Both the position numbers and the translations under genes were made by a program. Source: Podospora anserina (Eukaryota). Taken from it: a stretch of 64,000 nt of DNA. The notes under the pieces are model-generated. The model did no database searches. It was not told the origin of the DNA and worked only from the letters and a program-made list of their open reading frames with translations. Below are positions 1 through 13,020 of the stretch, piece by piece. The stretch is taken from assembly GCA_017654855.1 (NCBI GenBank), contig CM030337.1:3348001-3412000 (forward strand). Direction: 5' to 3'. The stretch's first letter is position 1. Every line of letters starts with the position of its first letter.

Positions 1-786
1 CTGGTCGTGCCTTTGTGATCGGCGGAAGTGACAGAGGCTCCGTTGCCCCTGCAACAGGCCTATTGGATTCTGGACTCGACACTAGCGAAGTCGACTTGAC
101 CAGTTTGAGGAAGATGTCGTGTGCTCTTCCAGAGCTGATGGTTGAAGGTATCTTCATCACTTTCGGCCTCCGCACGACCGACGAGGATGAGGTTTCATTG
201 AATCCGAAAGGTGTGTGCCGAATTGGACCCGGTGAAACCATCATGTCTGTTTTAGGAGGACAAGTCGCTGCTGAGTGTAATTTTCTGAGCTGATCTCGGA
301 ACTATTTGCAATTGCTCGTAGTCTGATACGACCTTGGTGGGAGTGAGAGGTTTGTCTGAATCAAAGAGATGTTGTCTGGACTCGACACTAGTGAGATCAG
401 TCCCTATATTTTACGGGCGGTTAACCCGCATGGTCACCGACGCAGGTACTAGTTCGGTGACATGCAGTGGTCACGGGTAGGCACTTTGGGGGATGCAAGC
501 CTTCCCGAGCGGGATGTGGGAGGGTTTCATTGGATCCTCAATATTGGACGGCCATATTGGGTCCAGACCCCCGTTCGCGTTTGAGCTGATCCTGCACGTC
601 ATGCCCTGCCGACATGGAGCAGGTCTCAGCCAGCCCAACGTCTTTCAGCCGCCCTGCTACGCTTCTTTCGGTTTGATTGTCACATCCAAGCTAACCCACA
701 GCTAATGTATATGAGAAGCACGAGCATATCAATATGTTCACAGGACAATTAACATTACTATCTTCATCGGATATTGAGCAGCCATC

Positions 787-1795
787 ATGTCGAGCCTGAA
801 CTCACACACCATGTACGAAGAGATCAACGCAACCAGTCTTGAGACGTCCACCACGTCTGAGATCATCTACCCTGTCGCCGTACAGCGAAACAAGTCCACA
901 ATGGCGTTGGGTCCCAAGGCCGCAGTGCCAGTGAGCAAACCAGACCGTTTGCTTTTCAGGTTGGAGAAGTGAGTTCTTGCCAAACAAAGACGGGTCCAGA
1001 CGGTGCTTTTTTGCTCATACCACTGGTACCTCCAGATTGTTCAGACCAACCAAGGACCTGGGCTCTGTCCTCACCACCTTCAACTACTTCCTCTATCTCT
1101 TGGCCTACTTTGACGCCAAAGCCCACAACTTCAAGTCCCAAGCCCTGTCCCTCGCCACGAAACATGCCTCTGTTGACGGCGCCCTTTCCGGTGCCACCGC
1201 CCACCCCGAGGGTTCGCCCTTTGCCAAACTGGGGGCAGTGGTCTACAACGCACGCACGACCCTGCGCCTCTTCGGCCTTCTCCCCCTCTACGTGAGGGCG
1301 AGAAAGCTGATGACTGACTCGAAGGACATGGACAAGGTGCTTTGGGCCGTTTCCGCAGTCCAATGCTCCCTGTTTGCCATTTTCCAGTTCCTCGAAAACG
1401 TGGCATTCCTCACCGAAAACGGCGTCCTGACGTCCCGTGCCAGGGCTGGTCAGTTGGGCGGACGCGTGGCAGCCATGTACAAAATAGCACATCGTGCCTG
1501 GTTCCTGGGCCATGTGTGCGACTTTGCCCGTTTGATGCGCGAGGCGCAAATTTTCTTCCGCAGGAAGCACATCGACAAGGAGGATATCACTGAGGAGGAG
1601 GCCGAGAGGGCATCCCAGTGGTACTACGACTGGATTCGCCCGCTGGCCTGGCTGCCGATCGGTTGGCAGCTCTCGGCGTGGACGGAGGACGGCATGTCGG
1701 GCAAGTTCAACAATTTGGGACTTCGGGGCGTTGCTGGTGTCTTGGCTGATTTGAAGAGGACGGCTACGCTTTGGGATGCCACCAAGGATGCTTGA
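787..1795 (+). CDS. Peroxin-11 family peroxisomal membrane protein (2 exons: 787-968, 1036-1795)
   Basis: GTGAGT donor at 969 and CAG acceptor at 1035 join ORF 787 (..LFRLEK) in frame to ORF 977-1795. 'ARTTLRLFGLLP', 'FQFLENVAFL' and 'RAWFLG' resemble PEX11 family motifs. Confidence 0.75.
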
Positions 1796-4700
1796 CTCAA
1801 GTTACCTACATGGGTGGTTTGGGCATTCCCATCAGAAATGCCCCTAGGGATGGCTCTTTGCCGGTTCCAGTTGTGAGGCTCTCGAGATGGCTTGTCTTGT
1901 CAAAATTCCTTTCATTTCATGTCTTTTATCTTTCTTTTCTGTCTCCTCCATGTAGTTCGTACACACGTAGCTTAGTCTTATTGCTCTTCATTCCCTCTCT
2001 TCTCCTGTCAATCCACTCAGATGTTCATCATTGCAACTAGTTGTATCAATCACATAGCTTCTCCTCCCTCATCCAGCAGTTAAGCGATGACATCAGCAAG
2101 TAGGAGTTCCATGCTCAACACAAAGTTATGAAGGCATCTTAGCATGATACAGTGAAATGCAATTCCCCAACATTTGCATGATACAGAAGAGATTTGTTTG
2201 GATCATCTCGTTGCCAATCTCCAAAAATGATTTATTGAGGCTTCTGTGAATTACGGAAGAGCAGTTGGAGCCGAGATTCCAATACCTCAAACCGACTTGA
2301 AGCGCCGACGGCGAGACCTAAGATATCAATAATCAATCCAGAGAGGCTAGAACTTTGGCTACATCCGGAGAGTTGCCGCTGCTAGAGCGGTACGCCGTCG
2401 CCGTCAGCTGAGCCGCAGAAGCGCTTATGCAGGTGTATCCCGTGGTCATTAGATGTGATGTGACCTCGCTACCCTCGGTATCAGAGGCTACTCTTGCCTA
2501 GACCCGACGTTATCGAACTCCGGGCTCACCACTTCTAGCATGATCGGCTTCTTGGCCTACTCTCGCTGCGCTATTGGTCAATAGTCAAGGTTGCGTGATT
2601 CCTTTACGCCCGCACCAGAAAGAGGAGTGAAGTCGTGTGGCGCTGGGTGGCACTATTGAACGAGCTGAGCAGATATTTCCCGTTCTTCAACGATTCCTGC
2701 CGATTAGGCAGGTTACGTTCACATGTGAAGTCTACAAGGTACGCTGGCACTTTGGTACTAGTGCATCACGATTGGTACCTGGGTTGGCTTTCTCTCAGGC
2801 CGAGCTGACTTGCCGACATCCGTACCTTGGACAGAATGGGTGTGTATGGTCGTGTTGGATGAACATCCAGTCAATCAATTCAAGGGAAATGTGATGCCGA
2901 TTCTGGAAGAATTCTCTGCCAAATTCTGAGGTGAATTTCCTTATAGTATCTCTACATCTACCCCCTCGATCTTCCAACACTTTAGGCTTGGCCGCTAAGC
3001 GCTAACAGAAAATAAATATTGAAACTTAGAAATAAAACCCGGCGGCGATCCCAGTTTACGCATTATTACGATCATCTATTTCCAGCTCTACAAAAATAAT
3101 CTATCTAAGTACCATATCGCTGTTGTCTATCGACTGTAAGTTTTAACCGATCGCTCTCATCATCCTCGTGGTCGTTACATCCACATCTTGCCAAGGCTGG
3201 GTGAGAGAGCGGTGATCTGATCATTCCTTTGCATTGCGTCAGGCAGCCTGGCCTGCGGCACAGCAGAAGCTATATCACCCACACCGCGCATTGGAGAAAT
3301 ATAAGATTGTAGCCCTAAACGTCCGCCAAAAAAAACAGCACCGCTACCACCGCCTCCGCGATCACCACCCGGACTCCCAACCCCAGCCCCAAATCGCCAG
3401 AGCGAGCCAAAAAAACGCCAGCCAGCCCAAAACGTCTTGCCGAAAAAGCGCCCACCTCGTCCAGCGCCGCCGGCGGTCTGCCCCCACCGTATCCTTCCCC
3501 CCCAATATCATTCCTTGCTCTTGCCTAAGCTTCAGTCAGTAAGCCAAATTTGGATAAATCACGGTACAAGGTCAATTGGGGGTTTGGGACACCGATGGAG
3601 ATCACCGCACGCGCAGCGCCCAAGGACGAGGTGGGCGCTCTCAGGCGCGGCAGCAAGCTCGGCGATGGTGGCCTTGTTGTTGTTGTTGTTGTGTTCCGTA
3701 GCGGGAGCCTGTGAATCCAAACAGTCGTACATTTCTGGCGTGCCGATCTTGGGCCCTGATGTCAATCTTGATCGGCCTCCAAAGCTTAGTTGGGCCAAGA
3801 CTCCCACAGGCCACATATTAACCGCAAAATGGAAAAAACTAATATTATCGCAACTTCCATAGTAAATAGCCTATTTAAAAGATCGCCAAGGTTCCTACAC
3901 TGGAAAGTGGAATACCAAGTGCAAACGCCCGAGTTCGATTCCCAAGTTCACCAAAACAACTGTCTTTCACTTACATCTCCCACTAGCTCTCACACGTATA
4001 AGAGCCAGTGGGAGGACCCCCCTTTTAATCTTTCTCACAGGCCCACCGGCCAATCACAAGCCAGTATTTTACTGGCCTTACTGTGGGCCGGTTGCCACAT
4101 GTGTTGAAAGAGTCGTACATTTCTGGGGTGTCAATCTTGGGCCCTGATGCCAATCCTCAGATCCGTAGGCTCCCGCTTTGGTTGGCGGGCGCGGGGGAGT
4201 TCTGGGAGGCCATTATTATTTCGAAAAAAAATCGAAATTCTTTTTTTTTCAATAACAGAAGTTGTTCGAGAGGCTGGGCGGTTGATGGGGGAGTTGGTGG
4301 AGTTTCCAGAGACCAGAATTCAAGATTTAATGTGAGGCTGGAGGAAGAAAAGTTGAAGATTGAGCCTTGAAACTTGAAATATTTACAATATCCAACCATG
4401 CATCAACTTCCCTCTTGCCGCCGCTGCCATGCCGGACAGCAGGATGCCGTGATGTGACATGAGTTGGGAAATTCTAACCGGTCACTTACCTTCAACTGAG
4501 ATATTCCAAGCAGACAAGTGTAATATGCGTATATGCTAGCTGAAGCGGAAGGGGTAATCCCCCTGATTCTTTTGTGGCAGCATCGTGACAACTGGTGTCT
4601 TTTCTTAAACCCCGTCAAGGGCGTTGCAATTACTTCCATTTATGAGCGGCTGGTTGATCATGTCGGCCCATCGCGGTCCCGTCTCTCAGCTCTCAATGGA

Positions 4701-5458
4701 AGCAGTGGCCCTACCGTTCATGACATGGTCATTGCATGCAGGCTTGCAGCTAGAAGTGCAGCTTCCCGCCCGGACACCGGATACCCACTCGAGGGAAGTC
4801 CTGGAGCTGAGTGCAGGTTGAGCAAGCGGGTTGTAGGTCCGTAGCTGCCTGCTCGTGCAAGTGGACTGACGCTCACGAAGGTTCGGTTAAGCAGATCAAC
4901 AGGGCTGTGATTAATAACTCCATGAAATCACAATAGGGGCAGGGTTTAACGAGCATTCAACGAGGTGGTTTTAAATAGGAGAGTTTAAAAAGCGCCATCG
5001 TAAGTGTCGCATCTAATCATCAATGTTACTAGGTACTCAAAATTGGAATTTAATCTTTAAATACCATGAGAGAGTGATATTGGATGCAGACAGCAAGCCA
5101 CACCTGCCTTACACAATGCCGAATGGTTCTAATAGACGCACAAATGGAATTTAATAATGCACATAGAGCAAGTACCTATAAAAATGCATTATCTGCGTTA
5201 AAAAGAGAAAGTTACCCCAGTTAAAATGGGCTTGATCAAGTGGGTTAAGGTTGAGCAAATATCGGCGTATCTGTGGTGGGGTTTGAGTGTGTCCCAGAAC
5301 TGTATTTGCGCCACGGGAAAGAATGGTAAAGTTTGCTGTTCATCTGAATAAACGCTGATTATAATTATCCATTTAACTGTCATTCTTCTTTTCTTCCCAC
5401 CTTCTCTGTCCTCTCTCATCCTTTGACACTCCAATAATTCAGCCGTCCCTGAGTTAAC

Positions 5459-6570
5459 ATGCTGGAAAAAAGCATAAATGACCTCTTCGAGGACCACCTC
5501 GATAGCACGAATCCTCCTCCGCCCTATGTACATGATAACGGACCCGTCGTGGATGATTCTGAGAAGCCAAAATCTTCATCATTGCAATCGTCGCACCCCA
5601 CAGAGACAAAATCGGAAGACACGACATCCCAGAAGGGCGGCATTGGTATCTGGAGGCGGGCCCTATCCCGAATCAGCCCAAGTAATTCTCATGCAACAGG
5701 AAATACCAAGTGGTGGGGCAAACGACTTCAAGAAAAGCTCACCGCAGCGTATCACGGCCCCCCTACATCGCGTCGACATAACGACATATCGTGCATGTCT
5801 ACCAAACTTCCACGACCCTTTCCACCTGCTACACATATCCACCGCTACTCGATCGATGTCCTCTGCTGCCCCCCACCGCAGCCGTTCGCATCTGAAACTG
5901 CCCGTTGGCAGCAAGCCCGCCTATATGTCTCGGCAAACGACCTCTCCCAACTCCAGAAACCAATCCCCTGGCGAGCCAATATCGAGGACCGCTGCTGTCT
6001 TGACAATGTCCAACTTATCAATTACGCTTACCCTGTCCCGTTCCTCGTAGATAGGCCTTCTGGGAAAGTCAAGGCGTATGACAGCATACCTACAGGGACC
6101 GGTCTGTCAGTTGGAGGGCCCATTTATGAGCGTACTATCCAACTAATCCGAGAACACGGGAGGAGACCAGGGTGGCCAAAATGGGGGTTCTCGTTCACGA
6201 TGACAAGTCGAGACGGCGCCTGGCTCTGCAGTTTGTCCCGAACTGATGTCGCCAGACTTATTGACCTCGATTCGGTGATCCGGTGAGTGCTTATCCTATG
6301 TTTCATCCAAGCACCTGCGCAACGGTATCAGCTGCTAATAGGTGCGATGCTGAGCCAGAATCGTTGGTTGGATTCATCCAGACCCAAAACTTCTCGGAAC
6401 CTCCGTTTTGTTCTATAGAAAGACTATTAGCAAACCGTGGCTCGAGGTTGTCAATCTTGACGAAACAGATCATATACCCAGCTCGTTCATGGGCGAAGTG
6501 CATGACAGGGAGATGCGACAATTGGTGGATGATAACATTCATGGTTTCATTCAAGATAGTTAGTGCCTGA
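5459..6570 (+). CDS. Hypothetical protein (probable exons 5459-6282, 6342-6570)
   Basis: 275-aa ORF with a PPPY-type N-terminus. A GTGAGT...CTAATAG intron joins it in frame to ORF 6283-6570. No recognisable domain. Confidence 0.55.
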
Positions 6571-6663
6571 GGGTGGCCGTTGCACACATAATAGACCGGT
6601 ATCCAATCAGAATACCAAAGATGCACATTTCACCATGAAATAAAGTGAAACTGAATCCCAGTA

Positions 6664-9547
6664 CGGGGGAGAGATAACACTATTATAATGATAATAAGAA
6701 TATCGCCCCGTACCTAAGATATTGATGTTCGTGATAAGAATAGAGCTCCCTATTTAAGCCTCACAAGATAATAACAATAAGAATAGCATTCTCAGATCCA
6801 AAATAAGGATTATAAGAATATTTATCCCAAAAAAAACTTCCCCAACTAAGAGCAAACCCTATAACCCCCAAACGCCCAAGCCCAGCGCCAGCACCCAAAG
6901 CTAGCCCTTGGCCCCTTGCCGGATAAACTCGGAGGAAGGAAGGGTAAGTACTGGACTGTTCAAGAAAGAGAACGTCTCGTGGCTACCCCCTTGATCAATC
7001 TAAATGCGCATCGTTGGGTCCCAACAGGTGTTCCTGCTTTTAGACACAGGCATGCGCGCAAAAGCGTGTCAGGTTTGCGGTTTCCGGCACGGCTTACTCG
7101 AAAAGCCGGAAGACCGCTTTGACTTCGTTGAGATGTCCGTTGTTCATTCGAGCAGGGCGTTGGGCTTGCTAGCTGCTTGCACGCGTCTTGGAGTTAGAGT
7201 GGGATGAGAACCTCGACTCTTATCGGCAGGGCGAACTTGACGGGCGTTGTCGGCTCCTCTGCGGGAAGTCACCCGTGTGCTATGCAATGCCAGCCGAGTC
7301 ATTGGCACTACTGTCATACGTGACCCAACTTCAACGTGACTTCCGCCCAACCCCAGGACAACTGGGGACTAGCTCGTCTGGTGACCAGCCCAGCGAACAT
7401 GAGGGCCAGGGCGATGAGGGTCAACGGGAGGATGATTATGAGGTCGCCGTTGCCATCACCATGATGGCGATACTGCAACGGATGAAAGTGACATGAGCTG
7501 CCAAGTAACACCCAACTGGTTATCCACCCTCGACTGAAATCCCGTCTTCCAGCCGGTGGACAGATGCAACATGTGGATAGCCCTGCCCCCTTCAACTGAG
7601 CCCAGCCCACGGCCAACTCTTTTTGCAAAGCAGACTGCCATTTTCCATGTAAATCCGTCCATATATAAAAACACCTAAGGGACAGGACTAGGCCACAATG
7701 GCTGTCATTAATCCTGTCGCAGCGTTTGCTGTTGCCTCCACCATTTGTGGGTAGCTGATCATGTCAGCCCATCACGGCCCAATCCCGTCAATGGACATGG
7801 TCCACAAGTGACAGTTGCTCGAATGGGCAACTACAAAACGCTCTCCTGCTCAAACGGCACTTACCTAGGTACCTTACCCTTCCTGGGGTGAATTTTCCCA
7901 AGTGAGAAACCGCACCTTCCCCAGCCGAGATGCAAGCTTGCAGTTACCATGATGGATGACGCAAGACGACGAGAATGTTCCCTTTGGGCCCAACCCAGGT
8001 CCACATCATGTTGCTGTGCTAGTGCCCAGCGCGGGTTCAAATATCCCAGATTTGAAAGTTCGTCAGAATTTCCATTGGGACTTTATCGGGACGCACCACC
8101 CCTAAATTAGCCACGCACCACCCTCATCTCACACTCGCACCACCCCCTAACCCTGGCTTCCTGGCCATATATAACCCTGGGAATTGGGCTTCAAAGACAT
8201 GGCGTCATACGTATCAACAACACAACGGTCACCACCTCACTTTCTGGACACCCGCAGCACAATCGTCACTTAATTCCCATACAAATAGCCATACAAATAA
8301 GATACAGTTATAAAAATCCAGTCCATTAAAGCTATTTTGAATCTTACAAACCCTGCGCGTCGTGTATTAACTGTTAATTAGGCCACAGTGTTGAGCGTGG
8401 GTGTGGTGTTGAGTGTGGGTGGCCTGTGAGGATGGGTGGCCTGTGAGGGTGGGTAGGGTGTTGAGCCTCGTGGTGATAGCTTCAATCACTGCCTCAGCTC
8501 AAAGTGTTGATTGTGGGGATCTTCGAGAGCCAAAAAAGTCTATTTTTACCATATACAACCCTCACCCAGTGATATGGTGCGCGAATAAGATGAGGGTGGT
8601 GCGTGGTTAATATGGGGGGTGGTGCGCAAATAAGATGTGGGTGGTGCGCCCCGATAAAGTCCCTTTCCATTTCCTTTCCTCAAGCATCACCACCCACAAT
8701 TTTGGATTTCTTGGCCAACACAATTACCAACATAAATCCTCTGTTTTTTTTTTTGGAAAATTCTTTTTTTTTTTTTCAAAAAAAAAAAAATCAAAAAGAA
8801 ATGTCGGCCCCAAGCCCCAATACCGCCGGCGCCGCCGCAGCCGCCAACGCCGCCGCCGCAGCCGCCAACGCCGCCGCCACAGCCGGCGACGTCGAGCTCG
8901 GCCTGCTGGGCCCCAACCTCCTCACCCACCGGTGCACGTGCGGGGATCTCCACCTGCGTCTCCCACTCCCTGCTGACCCTGCCAGCCAGTGAGTTCACCA
9001 AACCTGTCCTACTTCCTTGTCAGGCTTTCAAAGGCCTGACAAGTCCATTTGCTGATGATGAGTGCTGACTGAATATCCGTATTAGGCAGGGGGTAATGCA
9101 GGGGGCCGGGGACCAGGTGGGGGTCGGACGCACCCCGGCGGTGAGAGATTGGTTGCGGGCCCGGCAGGCGGCAGCTGGGTGGGTGACGTTTTTGGCGGGG
9201 CCCCTTGCAATTCTTGGTACGTCTCAAAATCTCTCAGTTCACTGTGACATGCATAACTGACATGGAATGATTAGGCTGGAGTTAGAATCTCCCGTGGTTC
9301 GGTGCGGCGGCGGGGTTGGCGGGTGGTTTGGTCTTCGCTGACCTAATTTAGTGGGGGTTTACGGGGGCGACGGGGGGGGAGTATTTTTATTAATGGTCTG
9401 TATAGACGGGGAGGAACATTCTTATTATCATTATTTTGGACATGGACACTATTCTTATTATTATTATCATGAGACTTAAGCAGGGAGCTCTATTCTTATC
9501 ACCAACATTAATATTTTGAGTATGGGGCGATATTCTTATTATTATTA
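6664..9547. mobile_element. Putative degenerate TIR element: ~130-bp inverted repeats (approx. 6685-6820 and 9417-9547) with internal ATAAGAAT subrepeats
   Basis: 'gataataagaatatcgcccc..gatattgatgtt.gtgataagaatagagctccct' at ~6690 matches the reverse complement of 9417-9547. The right repeat is cut at a TA by a pogo-like end. No transposase seen inside. Confidence 0.45.
8801..8992 (+). CDS. Small Ala-rich ORF with an RCxCGDLH motif (uncertain)
   Basis: ATG after an A-rich leader, GC-rich codons. The motif is shared with the small ORF at 3559-3732 (minus). Confidence 0.3.
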   Translation: MSAPSPNTAGAAAAANAAAAAANAAATAGDVELGLLGPNLLTHRCTCGDLHLRLPLPADPASQ

Positions 9548-9720
9548 ACATATTTGATAAGCGAGCGGATCGGACAAGCGAGTGGATCGATTTCCACTAC
9601 CCTATTACAACTATCCTCAATTGCAAAACAATAACACTATTAACCTACTACAATTACATCAGAAACAGCTAAATCAAACTCTTTTGTAACCTCCTAGCAC
9701 GTACGGATATTATGGCTAGG
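9548..9720 (+). mobile_element. Left end of a pogo/Fot1-like DNA transposon (TIR fragment), truncated by an LTR insertion
   Basis: TA|ACATATTTGATAAGCGAGCGGATCGGACAAGCGAGTGG: TA target, AC(G)T-type start and doubled AAGCGAG subrepeats. Confidence 0.6.
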
Positions 9721-11230
9721 TGTGACGAACCCCTATCCAGAACTTTTGAAAGAGATACTGGTTAAAGGTACTTCTAAATAATCCTAGTTCGGTGCAGCTA
9801 AACAGTGCACAATAAGATATCTTAATGTAAACACAAGATGCCGTGAATATAACTTAAATTGCATACTGCGGAACTATCTATCTATACTAGCTAGTTCCTC
9901 CGTATATATAGATTAGGGGACCGTGGACCGTTGACTTATAGGCGGTCCTCGGTCCTCTCTGGATTGGCCGATACTAGACCGTGGACCGTGAGACCTACTA
10001 CGGTCCCCGGTCCCCACCTTATTGGTCCGTTCCGTCCTACTAGACCGTGAGCCCCGCTTGATCGTTCGGTCTAGCCCTGATTGGTCCGGCGCGCCCCACT
10101 GTCTTCCAGAACTGTAATATGATGCTCCCCCTTCTAGGCCGAAGCCCCTGCGGCCTAGTCTTCTTCCACTGCTAACGATACCGTAAATCTTTTCCTCCTT
10201 ACCTCTCCTTTATTTTTACTATATTTAACCGCATACAAAAACATTATTATAAAACTAATTAGTTTTCCGCCCTAGCCTTATAAATCCTCCGTTATAGTTT
10301 TACCGTAATACTGTATTTTACTTACTTCGCCTCCGAAAACCTATATATTATAGCCCCTAGATCCTTACGATGCGCCGAGTACGTACGCCGTAAGATTCTA
10401 TACAACGGGTTTAACGTAAGCTCCGCTCGTAAGTATATCTTCCTTTTCTTTTGGTACTATGTCTGACCGTTCGTAGTGACCCGAGCGATAGAAGAGTAAG
10501 ATAGACTTAAGCGTAAGGAGTAAGAGCTTAAAGAATAATTCTCGTAATTAACTGCTAAGCTTATCCGGGTAAAATAAATACGTCGCTTTTTCCGTAATCG
10601 CGAGGGGCGTCTTTTCGCGCGGGGTATTTAGAAGGAGGATACCCTAGTGTTACGGTCCGTCGTACCGCCCTCTAGTTCTTCGGGTGCTTCTGCGTAGCCT
10701 ACCGCCGCGTAGGATGCCGCCCTATAGACTCCTTAAGCCCTGGATCCCTCCGTAGGTCTTAACTGGCCTTTTAATTTTTCTTTCGACCCTAGTGCGGCTA
10801 GTCCTTTTTTTTTAACCGCCTAAAATACTGCCGCTAGCGCGCCTTCCCTTTCCTAAGGTGGTTAAAGCGCGTAGTAGTCTTTATATTTAGGTCCCTTTAT
10901 ACCTTCCAATTTCGTAATATAGTATATAGTACGTCAATTACTTTGTCGAAGGCGTAGGTTCGATTCCTGCTAAGGTTCTTTTAGCTTTATATTATAGTTA
11001 TTTAGCTATAACCTAAGGCCTAGTCTTTTTACTTACTTAAGTTTTGGCCGGTCCGGGTATCGCTAGTAGAATTTCTTTTATTTATTTAGGTAGTTAAAGT
11101 ATGCCTATAGTTCTTACGAGTTATCTATAGCTAAATATTTTAACTAATTAACTAAATACTTTAATTTACTTCTATTGAACCGTAAATCTAGTATCTCTTT
11201 TACATCGTACTCTTTTTCTTCGTCCTCCGC
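9721..11230 (-). mobile_element. 3' part of a RIPed Ty3/Gypsy element (crapaud-like): 3' LTR 9721-~10119, PPT ~10125-10133, 3' internal region
   Basis: Conserved LTR half TGTGACGAACCCC...TATATATAG shared with three other LTRs in the window. Purine tract AAGGGGGAG on the minus strand next to the LTR. Confidence 0.75.
10280..10860 (+). pseudogene. RIPed antisense accessory ORF of the gypsy element, Zn2Cys6-like
   Basis: Reverting RIP changes in 'cgatgcgccgagtacgtacgccgtaagattctatacaacggg' gives RCAECVRRKxPCDG, preceded by further Cys positions and followed by a charged coiled-coil-like stretch. Confidence 0.5.
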
Positions 11231-11560
11231 TGTGACGAACCCCTGTACAGAACCTCTGAAAGGGATACGGGTTAAAGGTAACTTCTGACAATTAGTTCGG
11301 TGTAGCTAAACAGTGCACAATAAAATGTCTCGATGTAAACACAAGATGCCGTGAATACAAACTTAAATTGCATACTGCGGAACTGTCTATCTACACCGGC
11401 CAGTTCCTCCGTATATATAGACCTCAATCCTCTAGGTACCTCCGTACCTAGATCACGTCGATCACCAAGCGCTCCTGGTGATCCATCCTGGCTCACCTCG
11501 CTCACCCAGCGCTCCTGGCGAGCCGGCTCACCTCTGCCAAGAGGTGAGCGCCCCACTGTC
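11231..11560 (-). mobile_element. Crapaud-like LTR (different U3 type), interrupted near its 5' end by the LTR at 11561
   Basis: Same conserved half as the 9721 LTR. Ends in GCGCCCCACTGTC like that LTR but lacks the last ~18 nt. Confidence 0.8.
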
Positions 11561-11647
11561 TGTCACAACCCTGGTACAGGACGGTTGTGGGGCCACGGGA
11601 ATAAGGGGGCCAATCGGGAGAACGTATAGGGGAGCCAATCACAGTGA

Positions 11648-11822
11648 AGGCAGAGTGATCAGTGTGATCAGGGCACTGAGCAGACTGAGCAGAGTGATCA
11701 GTGTGATCAAGGCACTGAGCAGACTGAGCAGAGGTGATCAGTGTGATCAGGGCACTGAGCAGACTGAGCAGAGGTGATCAGTGTGATCAGGGCACTGAGC
11801 AGACTGAGCCGAGGTGATCAGT
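11648..11822 (+). repeat. Tandem array of ~39-40 bp (4+ units, GAGCAGAG(G)TGATCAGTGTGATCAGGGCACTGAGCAGACT) in the LTR U3
   Basis: Directly visible near-perfect tandem units. Confidence 0.9.
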
Positions 11823-13020
11823 GGCCTTAGGAGACTGATCACGGCTTAGCATAAGGACTATATATACGGAGGAACTGGCTGGTGTAGATAGACAGTTCCG
11901 CAGTATGCAATTCAAGCTTATATTCACGGCATCTTGTATTTACATCGAGACATCTTATTATACACTGTTTAGTTACACCGAACCAAAATTATTCTGAAGT
12001 TACCTTCAACCAGTATCCCTTTTAAAGGTTCTGGATAGGGGTTCGTCACACGTTATATACTTACTTTAACTCTATTATGGATAAGTTAAAGGTATTAAAA
12101 TAACGTTATAGCCGGAAACGTTAGTACTTAGGGGGGCTCGACCTAACCCACTATTAACTAGCTTTTTACTCGTATTTAAAAGCTTAAAGATAAGTTACGC
12201 CTTTCCTACAATACCCTTACGTAAGAGAACGCTATACTTTACTAGAAAATTAGTATCTTACGTAAGGAGGAAAAGCGTATTAAACTCGAGGTACTAGACC
12301 GGTACGGAAGTATAAAAGGAAAGTTAGGGGGATTTTTAATTTAATTTAAAGTTTACTTTCGGTATTACCCTTCTTATTTTCCGGATAAGGAATCTAAAGT
12401 TATATACGCTACGTTTAGGCTTAAAAATATAATACTTATATAGTTCGAACCGATTTTAGGAAATTATTTCGATAATATATATAATTAAAGGGAGGATATT
12501 ATTAAAGTATATTTTAAGTTATATAAAGGTTTTAAAAAAAGATTAAAGAGGTATTTAAAGAGTATAACGAAAGTAAGTATATTTAAAAGCGATTAACTAA
12601 CTTTAAATAAACTCGATTTACTACCGATTACATTATAGTATTTAGGACGGATACGCTCCGTAATACGATTAATAATAAAGGATTAATATAAGTATTTTAT
12701 AATAGGCTTAAAAAAAAATTAAAAATAAACTATATCGGATAAAACGATCGGAGACTATCGACGAATATATCGTAATAATAGTTTATATTAATAATTAATA
12801 ATATTAATATTATAAAAAGCGTAAAGGTATATATATATAAAAACCTTATTACTTTAACGATAAAAGGAAGAAATAACCGTACGGGACTTACGTTTTGGGG
12901 ATTATATATATAAAGCTTATAGAAATTAATATTATTTAATAATAAAAATTATAAAATTAAAATAAAAATAATTTTAAATATTTTAATTATAATAAAATAA
13001 AATATTTTAAAAGGGACTAT

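Noticed and set aside
1-244. Minus-strand open frame running off the window start
   Set aside because: Too short and featureless to call. It may be part of a gene outside the window.
11648-11822. CRISPR-like appearance of the regular repeats
   Set aside because: Units are head-to-tail with no unique spacers, lie inside a eukaryotic LTR, and no cas genes are present.
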